Assembly (NCBI GenBank): GCA_043817235.1
Contig: JBDRHA010000006.1
Span: forward strand, 10,041 to 74,040
Source of the DNA: Candidatus Shapirobacteria bacterium
Lineage (GTDB): Bacteria > Patescibacteriota > Microgenomatia > UBA12405 > BS750m-G30
Length of the DNA: 64,000 nt
Direction of reading: 5' to 3'
In this document: piece by piece, positions 1 to 8,530 of the stretch
Position numbering within the stretch: the first letter of the stretch is position 1
How the letters are laid out: every line of letters begins with the position of its first letter
Notes under the pieces: generated by a model
What the model was told of the DNA's origin: nothing
The model's input: only the letters and a program-made list of their open reading frames with translations
Databases searched by the model: none
Position numbers and translations under genes: made by a program

Positions 1-3
1 GCG

Positions 4-429
4 ATGATTGCCATAGGAGCGCTGGTTCTTTTTTTGCTTTTGCTTTTTGCCAATCAGGTTGTGCCGCGGGTGCTTTTGTATTTAACCCAGGCCACAAATT
101 CGCCGGGCCAGTATTCATTAGCTAATTCTTATGTTTTTGGCTCACCCTTAGTAGCCGCGGCTAATGGCGAGGATAAAATTAGAGTAACGGCTTTTTTGCT
201 TGACGATAAGGGTCGGGGAGTGGCTGGCTCGCAGATTGACTTAAGGGTAGCGCCAGCAAGCCCGCCTACTGGCGAGGCAAGCCCCCAGATTGAAGCAGTT
301 ACACCCGTGACAGACGAATTTGGCCGGGCAGTTTTTGAGATATTTTCCTCTAGCAAGGGCCAGTTTGTGGTATCAGCTCAAGTCGGCGGGTTGGATTTTC
401 CTCAAACGACCACGCTGACTTTTAGGTAA
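4..429 (+). CDS. C-terminal fragment of a secreted protein with a bacterial Ig-like (Big_1/invasin-like) domain; 5' end lies outside the window
   Basis: ORF open from the window edge. The pattern GEDKIRVTAFLLDDKGRGVAGSQIDLRV...TDEFGRAVFEIFSS...VSAQVGG resembles Big_1 beta-sandwich repeats. Assigned from memory of that family, not from a search. Confidence 0.35.
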   Translation: MIAIGALVLFLLLLFANQVVPRVLLYLTQATNSPGQYSLANSYVFGSPLVAAANGEDKIRVTAFLLDDKGRGVAGSQIDLRVAPASPPTGEASPQIEAVTPVTDEFGRAVFEIFSSSKGQFVVSAQVGGLDFPQTTTLTFR

Positions 430-435
430 AAGCCA

Positions 436-766
436 CAGCGCCATTACGAAGGGCGTGTCGTCCCCGCGAAAGCGGGATTTCTTGTCATCCTCGCGAAGGC
501 GGGGATCTATAAAAATATTAATATAGATTCCCGATCAAGTTGGGAATGACACTGTAAATAGTCATCCTGAGCGCAGCCCCGCGAGTCGCGGGGCGCAGCC
601 GAAGGATCTTTTAATTCCGAAGATCTCTCGGCTACGCTCGAGATGACATTGTTTCTGGCAATGGCATTTGGTTGACTTGTCTTTTTGCAGGGGTTTGATT
701 TATCAAGCCCAAAGTTTAATTTCCCCACACACCCGGTGTGGTTCGGGTCACACCGGGTGTGTGTAA
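436..766. repeat. MITE-like palindromic repeat cluster (TGTCAT... family), ending with the hairpin CACACCCGGTGTG-GTTCGGGT-CACACCGGGTGTGTG
   Basis: Direct reading. gtcatcctcgcgaaggcggggatc and gtcatcctgagcgcagccccgcgagtcgcggggcgcagccgaaggatc are units that recur throughout the window. The palindrome is ccccgcgagtcgcgggg. Confidence 0.8.
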
Positions 767-769
767 GCA

Positions 770-1642
770 TTATTCGAATTTAGCAGTTTGCTTTGCTCGT
801 CTGCTAGAATATTTACGCCTAATTAGCAAATAGATGATAAGAGCGATAGCAGATAATAGCAAGATAGTGATAAAGAACGGGTGGTTAATTAGCCACCATT
901 GCCAAAAAGAAAGAGCCGCAAACTGAATAGTATTGCTTTTGGGCGACGGATTTTCTCCTAGTTGAGTTTTGGTGGCGCCCACGTAAAGTTTCCAAACTGA
1001 GGGTTTATCTGTGGGTAAATTAAATGAGAAATCGCCGCGACTGTCGCTCTTTATTTCTAAATTTGGCCCTTCGCGAGCTAGTATCGGGCGACTGAAAAGA
1101 CGGCCCAGAATACTCCAAAAATATATTTTATTATCCTCAAAAAGAAAAACGCGCACTTCGGAACTGGGAACAGTGGCGCCTTCGGCACTGTTTTCTTCGC
1201 CTAGCCAATAAACTCCTTTTTCTATGCTGATAGTGGGCGGCAAAATAATGCCGGAAATACTGGTGTAAGTTTCGGCGGCCGGAGGAGAGAAGCAGACAGG
1301 CGCGGAAGAACGGTTTTGGGTATCAATGGCCGTAAAGCAAAAATCGCCGCTGTAAAGAGGCATGAGCGCGTTATAAAAGTGGAAAATACCTTGGTCGTCG
1401 GCAATAGTTTCTAAGTTTACGTTGCCCTGGGAGGAAGAGAACTCAACTCGGGCAAAAGCCGAAGTTAAGCCCTCAATGTCAAATAAACAGCCGCCGACGC
1501 GAGCCGATACCTTAGTGGTGAACTCCGGAGGGATTTTAATTCGGTTGACGGTTGTTTCCTGTTCTAAGATGACAGCCTTAACAGAGGAGCAGCAAAGGAG
1601 AAAGAAAGCAAAGAAAAAAATCATTGGGGCAGTTTTTTTCAT
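770..1642 (-). CDS. hypothetical secreted protein with N-terminal signal peptide and C-terminal transmembrane anchor
   Basis: N-terminus MKKTAPMIFFFAFFLLCCSSVKA is a signal peptide. The C-terminal hydrophobic stretch PFFITILLLSAIALIIYLLI is followed by RRKYSSRRAK. Last gene of the minus-strand operon 770-7800. Confidence 0.5.
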   Translation of the reverse strand: MKKTAPMIFFFAFFLLCCSSVKAVILEQETTVNRIKIPPEFTTKVSARVGGCLFDIEGLTSAFARVEFSSSQGNVNLETIADDQGIFHFYNALMPLYSGDFCFTAIDTQNRSSAPVCFSPPAAETYTSISGIILPPTISIEKGVYWLGEENSAEGATVPSSEVRVFLFEDNKIYFWSILGRLFSRPILAREGPNLEIKSDSRGDFSFNLPTDKPSVWKLYVGATKTQLGENPSPKSNTIQFAALSFWQWWLINHPFFITILLLSAIALIIYLLIRRKYSSRRAKQTAKFE

Positions 1643-1667
1643 GAAATCATGATAGCATGAACTTCAA

Positions 1668-2002
1668 TTGCGAGCGCTTTGTCATTCCGAGCGACCCCGC
1701 AGCTGCGGGAGAGTCGAGGAATCTTTGGAAACTAACCGACCTTTTTTCTGGCTCAAAAGATCTCTCGACTGCGCTCGAGATGACAGACTCACTATCAACC
1801 CCGCGCAGGCGGAATTTCTTGTCATCCCCGCGAAGGCCGAGAGCCCTGGTCATCCTGAGCGTAGCCGAAGGATCTTTCTTGTTTTGCTTAATTCCCCAAA
1901 AGATTCCTCGACTGCGCCCCGCGACTTGCGGGGCTGCGCTCGGAATGACACTGGTAGCGGGGGCTCGCGATGACATGTTTCGCACACCCCTGGTGTGTGT
2001 TT
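1668..2002. repeat. MITE-like palindromic repeat cluster, several nested or tandem units in both orientations
   Basis: Contains tgtcattccgagcgaccccgcagctgcgggagagtcgaggaatcttt, gtcatcctgagcgtagccgaaggatc and cgcgacttgcggggctgcgctcggaatgacac. Ends with the cacacccctggtgtgtg hairpin. Confidence 0.8.
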
Positions 2003-2057
2003 CTTTTTGGGCGTGATAAATCACGCCTCCTGCAAACTGCAGTTTCGAATTTGGAAA

Positions 2058-3008
2058 TTAGGATTTTGCTTCCGCTTTAAGTTCTTTTGGTTTCTTGAAG
2101 TAGATGATCAAAAGCACGATTAAGACAATGATAAGCAGGGCAATAGTCATCGCTCTCCAGGGAATAATCCAGAAAAAAGTGGTAGCTATTAAGGTTTTGC
2201 CCTGATTGCCGTAGCCTGCTTCCAGCTGAACTTTATACTTGCCAAACCCCCATTTTTGGTTCCAAATATTTTCAAAAGCGCGAATGGTCGTGGGGAAAAT
2301 ATTTTGCTCTTCTAATTTTAAGGTTTGATTATGCTGTCCTAGCCAATTGGTGATTTTAATACTGCCCATCGGCCGGATATGAATGTCGGAAAGGTTATAA
2401 ATTTCTGTGTCAATGTTTACTGGGCCGTATTCTTGGAATTTAGGAGTAGAGAATAAGCTTACCCGGGCATCTTCTTTAGTGTCGCCGGCAATTGTTAAGT
2501 AAATTAAAGAGCCGACGTTGGGCTCAATCGAGGAAACACTTTCATTAGCTTCCAAAGATTCGCCTGCAGGGGCGTAAAAAATAACGGCGTAATGGCCGCC
2601 GGGAGCCGCATCTTCCGGAACTACAGCCACAAAATCAAGCACTTTAGTTTCTCCGGGGTTAAGCAAAAATTTTTGGGGAGAAACGGTAATCCATAGCGAA
2701 GCGGCATACTGGTCGGCAAGCCCTTCTTCTACCGGAAGGGGAGTGCCTTCTTTATCGTTAACTATAAAGTCCTGAATTTTAAGCTCGATGCCGAGCTGAG
2801 AATCACCTTCGTTTCTCACTTTTAGCTGGTCAACCACCACATCGCCGGGATTAGCGGAAATTTCTAATCGAGGCGGAATGGCCGTGAGCTTAATTAATTG
2901 CGCGGCACCAGCCTGAGAAGGCTGGAGTAGCAAGTAGAAAGTAGCAAGTAGTAAAGGCAATAAAGCAAAAGAGCCTATTTTGACAATTTTTTTCTTTTTT
3001 ATTTTCAT
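2058..3008 (-). CDS. surface-anchored protein B1: signal peptide, beta-sandwich-like ectodomain, C-terminal TM anchor. Paralog of the 4461-5471 gene.
   Basis: N-terminal MKIKKKKIVKIGSFALLPLLLATFYLLLQPSQA. C-terminal WIIPWRAMTIALLIIVLIVLLIIYFKKPKELK. Architecture is reminiscent of DUF916-type cell-surface proteins (analogy only). Confidence 0.55.
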   Translation of the reverse strand: MKIKKKKIVKIGSFALLPLLLATFYLLLQPSQAGAAQLIKLTAIPPRLEISANPGDVVVDQLKVRNEGDSQLGIELKIQDFIVNDKEGTPLPVEEGLADQYAASLWITVSPQKFLLNPGETKVLDFVAVVPEDAAPGGHYAVIFYAPAGESLEANESVSSIEPNVGSLIYLTIAGDTKEDARVSLFSTPKFQEYGPVNIDTEIYNLSDIHIRPMGSIKITNWLGQHNQTLKLEEQNIFPTTIRAFENIWNQKWGFGKYKVQLEAGYGNQGKTLIATTFFWIIPWRAMTIALLIIVLIVLLIIYFKKPKELKAEAKS

Positions 3009-3037
3009 ACTGTATACTTTCTACTCACTACTAGCTA

Positions 3038-4450
3038 CTAAAAGGTCGCCGTCGCCCGATATGTAATCGCGTTCCAATAATCGCCGGCTTGCTGGGTAGA
3101 AGAAACAATTGCTCGGTAGCAAACATAAGCATTTTCATTATCGGCCACTGTACCAGAATAGAAAATAGTTTGGTGAGCTTGAGTAGCGGATGCGTCTGCA
3201 AATTGTTTGGCGCAAAAAACGCCGTCGCAATCGTCGTCAGTAGAGGTATATTCAAAAGCTGCAGTATTCGCATCCACGTTTTCCAGGGAGTAGCCAAATC
3301 CCTTAGTATCAGTGCTTACCCATTCATCGGTTTGGGTGTGAGAAGCAGTGGTATTGTCTCCGGGCGTATCTGGAATTTCCGGAGCGGTAGCTCCTACCAT
3401 TGTTAGCTGATTATTTTCTAGAGCAGTGACAGCATAGCCGCCGTCAGCATTAGTGGAAACGGTCAAGTTTTGAGCCAGGTCAGCAAAAGAGCCGATAGAC
3501 AAAGAGCCAAAGGGTACAGTAGTTGCTGTAGAGGTAACATCAAGTGCATTGCCGCAGGCGGTTTCGCCGATAGCTATTCCGGCAATAGAAAAAGAAATAG
3601 TCGGATCAACTGTAGCAGTGACTCGCACTGACTCAATAACGGCAACTTTGGTAGTGGTGGAATCAATCGCTGTGTAGTTGGCATCAAGATTATCAACAAT
3701 AATACTGTAAGTATCGGCAGTTCCTGCAGTGTGGCCGGTAGTGGCCGAAGGATTAATTATTTCAGCAGCGCTGCCTACAACAAAAGTCATAGATCGGCCC
3801 GGGTCGCCTGGGCCGGAATAGCGGCATTCAAAGCAATGGTAGCCGGATGCACATCCTGATCCGGCGGAAGCGGTGGCCGTGCCGGTAACAAAGTCATAGT
3901 AGCTGGCCACATCATTCGGGCAGGTGACATCTGTGCCGGAAACTGAATTAAAATCCCAGCCTTCGTTATCAGGATGGCCGTCGTTGGGAGTAGTGGAATC
4001 GGCTTTAATCCGTACTTTAATGGCACCATTGGGGATAGCAGAAGTGGTTGTAAAAGTAATAGTGTGAGTGCCGGTCCGGTCAATGACAAATTCATCATTA
4101 GCATCATCGTCCGCCGCGTTTAAAGCGGAAGTAACGGCAAATTCGTCACTATCTATAACATAGTCAACAGTATAAGTATTGCTGGTAGCAGTGTAAACAA
4201 CTGTGTCTCCGGTAAAAATGTTGGCGGTGGTGGTGGAGGGAGTGCCGGCGCCAGCCATTTTAATAATCGTCGTGCCAGCGGTTAACTGCTCATTATTTTT
4301 GCCATGAAAAGAAAGGCGGGAGGTTTCTAAAGTATCGGCAATTGAAGTTAGGTTCGCGGATTCTAAAGAAAAAGGAAAAACAAAGCTCAGGCTAATAATT
4401 AGAATAAAATAACTTAAAACCCTAATTATTTTTTTGCTATTTTTCTTCAT
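3038..4450 (-). CDS. secreted Thr/Ser-rich protein A1: signal peptide plus C-terminal domain shared with the 6299-7072 protein
   Basis: Signal peptide MKKNSKKIIRVLSYFILIISLSFVFPFSLES. The C-terminus KQFADASATQAHQTIFYSG...AGDYWNAITYRATATF aligns with RQFADQEGAESAQIVMSS...AGNYENAITYIAVPGY of the 6299-7072 ORF. Confidence 0.55.
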   Translation of the reverse strand: MKKNSKKIIRVLSYFILIISLSFVFPFSLESANLTSIADTLETSRLSFHGKNNEQLTAGTTIIKMAGAGTPSTTTANIFTGDTVVYTATSNTYTVDYVIDSDEFAVTSALNAADDDANDEFVIDRTGTHTITFTTTSAIPNGAIKVRIKADSTTPNDGHPDNEGWDFNSVSGTDVTCPNDVASYYDFVTGTATASAGSGCASGYHCFECRYSGPGDPGRSMTFVVGSAAEIINPSATTGHTAGTADTYSIIVDNLDANYTAIDSTTTKVAVIESVRVTATVDPTISFSIAGIAIGETACGNALDVTSTATTVPFGSLSIGSFADLAQNLTVSTNADGGYAVTALENNQLTMVGATAPEIPDTPGDNTTASHTQTDEWVSTDTKGFGYSLENVDANTAAFEYTSTDDDCDGVFCAKQFADASATQAHQTIFYSGTVADNENAYVCYRAIVSSTQQAGDYWNAITYRATATF

Positions 4451-4460
4451 AACTGGTTTG

Positions 4461-4721
4461 CTAAATTTCTTTATTAATATTTTTACCTAATTTTAATTTC
4501 CTTGTCAATGGGTAGTATTTAAGCAAAACAGCGATTAGAAAGGCGATAATCAAAGCCGTTATAAGTCTAATAGGAACAATCCAAAACCTCGTAGCGAATT
4601 TAATTATAGGGCTATTTCCATTGGGCGCCAGACTTAATTCTGCCAAGTAAGGGCCGGGAAAGAAAGAAGAAAAGGCGCAGTCTTTTTCCTGGCAGGTGAG
4701 CAGGCGCCCGGAAAAAGACAA
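4461..4721 (-). pseudogene. C-terminal TM-anchor segment of surface protein B2, separated from its body (4746-5471) by an in-frame TAA
   Basis: Same frame as the 4746-6299 ORF; the stop is the reverse complement of tta at 4746-4748. ATRFWIVPIRLITALIIAFLIAVLL parallels TTFFWIIPWRAMTIALLIIVLIVLL of B1 (2058-3008). Confidence 0.4.
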
Positions 4722-4745
4722 AACATTATCTGGCCTTAATTCTAT

Positions 4746-5471
4746 TTATTTAATTTTTTTGCCAAAGATATTATAGATCTCTATTTTCCCGGCGCTTTTA
4801 AAAAAATTTTCTCCTAAATTAGCGGCCTTAATCGTGAATTTTATTTCCTGACCTAAATCAGCCAATTTAGGTTGGCTGAAAAACTCGCTTATTTCTCCTT
4901 TGGCTTCCAGATCAGCGGTTTGGGAAACTGTAATTAAAATATTACTGCCGATCTGGCCGGCCAAGCCGGGCTGCGCCTGCTGCTCGGAGAAGCTCACTTC
5001 AGGGATTTGCTGAATAAAAAACGTCGCATAATAATCTTTTTGGGGAAGATCCAAAGGCGCAGTAATTTTCAAAACCAGCTGCTGGCTTTGGTTAGGCTCC
5101 AGAACAAAAGTATCGCCCAAATTTATATTAGCGTTATTAAGTTTAAACTCGGGAAGACCCGTAAAAATATCCGGTTCTTGATATGTAATTTGGCCCTCCT
5201 TCGCCAAGGCTTCGGAGGGTAGAAAAAACCTAATTTCAGTTTGTAAATAGAGCAGGGAAGTGCCTAGGTTTTTTACCTCATAAGCTTGGGTGATGCTTTT
5301 TCCCGGCTGCAAGACAACTTCCAAAAGAGGAGGGGAAAGGGAGAGGGAGAAGCTCTGACCAGCGGCGAGGCAAGCCCTGTTTCCCCTGGCCGCTATAAAG
5401 GATATAACGGTTATAACGATTATAATTTTTATAGCGGCCAACAGGAAAAAAAGGACCAAGAGAGCAAGAGA
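4746..5471 (-). CDS. surface protein B2 ectodomain, paralog of 2058-3008. It has no start codon of its own and is read through in frame from the upstream four-helix-bundle ORF.
   Basis: Signal-peptide-like LALLVLFFLLAAIKIIIVITVISFIAA, then LLEVVLQPGKSITQAYEVKNLG..., comparable to LIKLTAIPPRLEISANPGDVVVDQLKVRNEG of B1. The ORF caller fuses it to 5520-6299. Confidence 0.45.
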   Translation of the reverse strand, partial: SLALLVLFFLLAAIKIIIVITVISFIAARGNRACLAAGQSFSLSLSPPLLEVVLQPGKSITQAYEVKNLGTSLLYLQTEIRFFLPSEALAKEGQITYQEPDIFTGLPEFKLNNANINLGDTFVLEPNQSQQLVLKITAPLDLPQKDYYATFFIQQIPEVSFSEQQAQPGLAGQIGSNILITVSQTADLEAKGEISEFFSQPKLADLGQEIKFTIKAANLGENFFKSAGKIEIYNIFGKKIK

Positions 5472-5519
5472 GGCGGTGCCCGCCTCTCGGCGGTAATTTA
5501 GCCGCTTTTTGAGGAGGTT

Positions 5520-6020
5520 TTCTCGAAAACCCCCATTTTTAACAAAGTCCTCCTCCAGCCAGCGCAGTTTTTGGTCTAAAAGCTGGTTTGTCTGGTTAAT
5601 TAGGCAGATCATGGTGTTGGCTGCGGTTTCTCCGCTGCTCTGGTATTTTTTATAATCGTTATAATTTTTATAACGCTTATATACCAAAGCTCTAACAGCT
5701 TTGGCGCTCGGATCGTCTTTAGCCCAAATTTTCAGCTTTTTTTGACGCAAAAAGTCTTGGTAGTCGTTGAGAAGCTCTTCTAAAGAAGCGCGGGCAACGG
5801 CTAAGAGATTGAGTTTGAGCGCACTACTTTTTTGCAAGTATCCTTCGGCGATGTTCTGTTTGCCGGAGCGTGCGGCCTGAATAAGCTGATCGCTTTGCCG
5901 TGAGAAGTTCTTATAACTTTTATGACGGTTATAATTTTTATAAGGGCCAGAAAAACATTTATCTATGTATTTCTCGCAAAACTCCACCGTAAAATCGTGG
6001 ATTATTTCTGCCTGCTGGAA
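5520..6020 (-). CDS. four-helix-bundle protein (TIGR02436-like; the 23S rRNA intervening-sequence protein family). N-terminus unresolved; the upstream part of the ORF, to 6299, is MITE-derived.
   Basis: SDQLIQAARSGKQNIAEGYLQKSSALKLNLLAVARASLEELLNDYQDFL matches the family hallmark Q..R.a.Si..NIAEG...s.......l.iA.gSl.El (from memory). Tyr/Asn-rich 9-bp repeats lie at both ends. Confidence 0.5.
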
Positions 6021-6039
6021 AAATGGAAGAGAGCGATAC

Positions 6040-6250
6040 CCTCCTTCGCTAAAGCTACGGCGGGCAGGCCCTCCTTCGCGGGCAAGCCCTCCTCTGTCAT
6101 TGCGAGGAGTCCCGATGCTTCTTTTAGTCACCGGGACGACGTGGCAATCCCGTTTTGAGATTGCTTCAGTTTCGTTCGCAATGACATTTTTGTTAACCCC
6201 TGTTGCTGCGGTGTGGTTCGGGTCACGCCCGGTGTGTGATTTATCTTCTT
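6040..6250. repeat. MITE-like repeat cluster embedded in frame in the 5' part of the 4746-6299 ORF
   Basis: tgtcattgcgaggagtcccgatgc ... gtggcaatcccgtttt ... gttcgcaatgacattt, plus the ggtgtggttcgggtcacgcccggtgtgtg hairpin. Confidence 0.75.
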
Positions 6251-6298
6251 TCTGGTCCCTATAACGATTATAATGGTTATAACTGTTATATCCCGTCA

Positions 6299-7072
6299 TC
6301 AGTACCCCGGAACAGCAATATAAGTAATGGCATTTTCATAGTTTCCGGCGGCCTGGGATCCGCTGATATTAACTTTATAAGTAACTGTTGCGGTTGAGGA
6401 GGAAGTGACGGCATCAGAGCTCATCACGATTTGAGCACTTTCCGCGCCTTCTTGGTCAGCAAACTGGCGAAAAAAAGTAGAATCTTCAAAATCTTCCGGA
6501 ATATCATCGCCGCTGATTTTAAAGCCAAAGCCGTAAATAGAATCATTTATCCAGGGATCAGCGTCTGTTTCATCGCAAGAAAGTGTGTCACAAGTAGTAT
6601 CAACTATATCATTGGCTTGCTCAGAGCGGAGCGGATGGTTTTCAAAAGCCAGAACTTGGTACCCGCCGGCGCCACCAGCCGATACATTTAAAGTATTGGT
6701 GTCTGTCGAGGGGGTGCCGGGGACTAGTGAGCCAAAAGCAATGCTTAAATCGGAAATTGTAAAAGTAAAGGGAATAATAGAATGAATATACTGGAACCCG
6801 GCTCTCAGCCAATAGCCGTCGGACTGATAATCGCCGGGGGCAATCTGGCCAATAGTGTCGGTTAGGTTATAGCTGTCGGAGGATTTTTCTCCGCCGCCGA
6901 TGTTCACGTTTCCGCCCTGAATTTTATAGCTATCGGAATCCATATTGGCCGCGTTCACCCTCCGATTCGGAAGGCTCACCCTCCGGATTGGAGGGCTGGC
7001 TGCTATAAAAGATATAATCATTATAATAGTTATAATTTTTATAGCGGCCAACAAGAAATGAAGGCGGGTCAC
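6299..7072 (-). CDS. secreted protein A2, a shorter paralog of A1 (3038-4450)
   Basis: N-terminal MTRLHFLLAAIKIITIIMIISFIAA is encoded by the 57-bp repeat at 7002-7058. The C-terminal domain aligns with the A1 C-terminus. Confidence 0.5.
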   Translation of the reverse strand: MTRLHFLLAAIKIITIIMIISFIAASPPIRRVSLPNRRVNAANMDSDSYKIQGGNVNIGGGEKSSDSYNLTDTIGQIAPGDYQSDGYWLRAGFQYIHSIIPFTFTISDLSIAFGSLVPGTPSTDTNTLNVSAGGAGGYQVLAFENHPLRSEQANDIVDTTCDTLSCDETDADPWINDSIYGFGFKISGDDIPEDFEDSTFFRQFADQEGAESAQIVMSSDAVTSSSTATVTYKVNISGSQAAGNYENAITYIAVPGY

Positions 7073-7800
7073 GCCTCATCTCCCTCCAAATCAACCAATC
7101 TTTGCAGTTTATTAGCTCCCCTTAGCAGATATTTAGTTCGTTTGCGAATTTTCTTTAAATGATCTTTTTGAGTATAAGATAGCTGATTTAAAGCAATAAG
7201 CATTTGGGAAACCCGATCCAAAATTTCTTCCAGTCCTGGCTTGAGCTTTAAAGTGAGCCAAAACAAAGTATTAGCTTCCTGATTTTCCAAATGCTTTTCT
7301 CCGGAAAGCCATTTTTGCATGTAAAGCTTAGTTCTTTTGTCAGCGCTTAAATTGCGCAAATAAAGCTGGCCAAAATATAAAGCTAAGGGAGTGATTAGGA
7401 ATAAAGATAGCAGAGCGGCAATTTCCTGGCTGTTTTGAACGGTGGGTGTTAAAAAAACCAAGAGAATAAAAGCTAAAGTGATAGTAATTGGTGGCTCAAA
7501 AAGAAAAGAGAGCCCAAAAAGAAGAAAGTATATTAAGAAAAAAAGCGGGGAGCTTGCCCCGCCGGTGGCAAAAACCAGCAAAAGGATAACAATCGTTAAA
7601 ATTAAAGCATCTATTGTTTTATGAGTAAGATTTTGTTCTTGGCAAAAGAGCTTGTGTTTTAAAAACCAGATAATGACTAAGCCGGCAATAAGCTGAAGAT
7701 TGTAAAAAGAAAGAATTGGGTGCTGGGTCCAAACATAGGTAGTAACCACGGCCAAGAATAAATAAACAAGATGGAGAAAGAATTTGACCGAAATAATCAT
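7069..7800 (-). CDS. hypothetical polytopic membrane protein, first gene of the minus-strand surface-protein operon
   Basis: About 5 hydrophobic helices in the first 150 aa, followed by a charged coiled-coil-like C-terminus. The 4-nt overlap (ATGA) with the next gene suggests translational coupling. Confidence 0.45.
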   Translation of the reverse strand: MIISVKFFLHLVYLFLAVVTTYVWTQHPILSFYNLQLIAGLVIIWFLKHKLFCQEQNLTHKTIDALILTIVILLLVFATGGASSPLFFLIYFLLFGLSFLFEPPITITLAFILLVFLTPTVQNSQEIAALLSLFLITPLALYFGQLYLRNLSADKRTKLYMQKWLSGEKHLENQEANTLFWLTLKLKPGLEEILDRVSQMLIALNQLSYTQKDHLKKIRKRTKYLLRGANKLQRLVDLEGDEA

Positions 7801-7918
7801 AAATTAATTTAAGCAAGATTAGCAAAGAATTGCAAACTTTGCACACCCCGGGGGTGGGTTAGGTAGACACCTCGGGTGCGGTTGAAAGTTTTTTTCTTTT
7901 TCTTCATAATCTTTTTTA

Positions 7919-8530
7919 ATGGCTGAGTGGTCAAAAGAAAGCATAATTAAAGCAATTTATCACTATTCTCCTCAAGCTGTAATAATTCTGGGAATACTTT
8001 TGGCGGCGGCCGGCGCAGCTTACGTTTTTCTTCCTTCCTCGTCTTCCTCCCAAGTAGAAATAATTAAAGCTGACGAGCAAGAGGAAACCGGAGTGCTAAT
8101 TGCAGATATCTCCGGAGCCGTTATTCAGCCCGGCGTTTACACTCTTTCGGCCGGCTCGCGCTTAAATGATCTTCTGATTGCCGCGGGCGGTTTAAGCATT
8201 GAAGCAGATCGGGACTGGGTGGAGAAAAATATTAATCGAGCCGCACCATTAATAGATGGAGCAAAAATTTATATTCCTAAAATAGGGGAGGAGGTGGGTC
8301 CGCCAGCTGGCGGAGTGGCGGGGCAGAGCACTTCGGGGCTAATAAACTTAAATCAAGCAGACTTAGCTTTATTAGAAACTTTGCCGGGGATTGGGCCGGC
8401 CACGGCTCAAAAAATTTTGGATTATAGAAAAGAAATCGGCTCTTTTTCTGCTCCCGAAGAATTAATGAGCGTTTCCGGAATTGGGCCAAAGACCTATGAG
8501 CAATTAAAAGACCTGATTTCCGTCTACTAG
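7919..8530 (+). CDS. comEA: competence protein ComEA (SLBB domain plus tandem helix-hairpin-helix DNA-binding domain)
   Basis: LINLNQADLALLETLPGIGPATAQKILDYRKEIGSFSAPEELMSVSGIGPKTYEQL is the classic ComEA HhH pair. There is an N-terminal TM. Confidence 0.85.
   Translation: MAEWSKESIIKAIYHYSPQAVIILGILLAAAGAAYVFLPSSSSSQVEIIKADEQEETGVLIADISGAVIQPGVYTLSAGSRLNDLLIAAGGLSIEADRDWVEKNINRAAPLIDGAKIYIPKIGEEVGPPAGGVAGQSTSGLINLNQADLALLETLPGIGPATAQKILDYRKEIGSFSAPEELMSVSGIGPKTYEQLKDLISVY

Noticed and set aside
1647-2024. ORFs 1647-2024(-), 1657-2016(+) and 1668-1973(+) from the six-frame track
   Set aside because: They lie entirely inside the MITE cluster 1668-2002. Their 'proteins' are translations of palindromic repeats (PERSRRIF, CARDDxL...) that recur in every repeat cluster. 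The same reasoning rejects 507-770(-), 10513-10876 (three ORFs), 12100-12312(-), 36775-37069, 45361-45561(-) and 53347-53658(-).
3787-4107. ORF 3787-4107(-) and 3089-3406(+) inside or antisense to the A1 gene
   Set aside because: Alternative-frame and antisense ORFs within a well-supported longer gene. The Pro/Leu-rich composition is typical of an out-of-frame read of a Thr/Gly-rich gene.
5007-6264. Plus-strand ORFs 5007-5222, 5286-5501, 5922-6158 and 5965-6264
   Set aside because: They are antisense to the continuous minus-strand coding region 4746-6299 and made largely of repeat translations.
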